A stretch of 25,750 bases of DNA, the filler included, from an uncultured virus (IMG/VR IMGVR_UViG_2061766007_000300) (Duplodnaviria; Heunggongvirae; Uroviricota; Caudoviricetes). It is 3 parts of one record of this genome, joined end to end, with 100 filler letters (N's around TTAATTAATTAA, not from the genome) between each part and the next. Parts side by side here need not be neighbours in the genome. Positions count along the whole stretch, not along the records: positions 6,451 to 25,750 come from IMGVR_UViG_2061766007_000300; 2 more parts are not named here. The stretch is one strand, 5' to 3'. How positions within the stretch are numbered: the first letter of the stretch is position 1; each line of letters starts with the position of its first letter. A program made the translations under genes and the position numbers. This document shows positions 25,494 through 25,750 of the stretch, one piece after another. The notes below the pieces were generated by a model. It made no database searches. It was not told the DNA's origin and saw only the letters and a list, made by a program, of their open reading frames with translations.

Positions 25494-25522
25494 AAAAAAA
25501 TAGACCCCGTTCTGGGGTCTAT
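25494..25522 (-). terminator. Intrinsic terminator for the minus-strand gene
   Basis: TAGACCCC-GTTCT-GGGGTCTA preceded on the plus strand by an A run. Confidence 0.8.
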
Positions 25523-25534
25523 CTACGTTCTAGC

Positions 25535-25750
25535 TTACGCCTTAGTGTAAGCCTTCTGGAGAGTGTTCTTAACCTTAACCTCACCAACGGTCACACGACC
25601 GTCCGCGGCCAGAACCTTCAGCACGGCAGTGGCCTTAGACACAGAAGTAATGCCTTCCACACCGAGGGCGTACACGGCAGAAGCCGTAAGGGTGTCGTTG
25701 GGGAGCGCCTCGTACAGGATGTCGGCCAGCTCCATATTGGCGGCCTTCTT
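25535..25750 (-). CDS. C-terminal part of a hypothetical protein, possibly winged-helix (5' end outside the window)
   Basis: Open frame to the window edge: ...KKAANMELADILYEAL...SVSKATAVLKVLAADGRV...KAYTKA-TAA; GC-richer codon usage. Confidence 0.7.
   Translation of the reverse strand, partial: KKAANMELADILYEALPNDTLTASAVYALGVEGITSVSKATAVLKVLAADGRVTVGEVKVKNTLQKAYTKA

Overview
AT-rich segment of a large tailed-phage-like genome, probably infecting a Bacillota (Firmicutes) host, judged from repeated sigmaA-type TTGAN-17-TGnTATAAT promoters and clostridial-like accessory genes. It comes from a gapped, mixed-strain assembly: 10-N gaps flank near-duplicate alleles, and artificial TTAATTAATTAA linkers at 1013-1024 and 6395-6406 join separate scaffolds. 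The genome reads TAG as Gln (code 15). Eight genes are only intact with amber read-through, TAG falls at conserved Gln positions, no credible gene ends in TAG, and an amber-suppressor tRNA(CUA) is encoded at 10328-10416. The window holds a tRNA cluster (Ile-UAU with a long variable arm, fMet, Ser, Lys, Gln, Sup), a ~1.1 kb hairpin-dense non-coding RNA candidate with compensatory changes between alleles, three smaller structured-RNA candidates, and a family of acceptor-stem-like 'CAGCAAA' RNA elements, one with tRNA-like arms. Protein genes include an RNA-repair set (RNA ligase, kinase-HD, nucleotidyltransferase, metallophosphoesterase), two amber-rich homing-endonuclease-like genes behind RBS-occluding hairpins, a uracil permease, an F420-ligase-family gene, a kinase-like gene and many small hypothetical genes. 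A repeat-rich non-coding region lies between converging genes at the right end.
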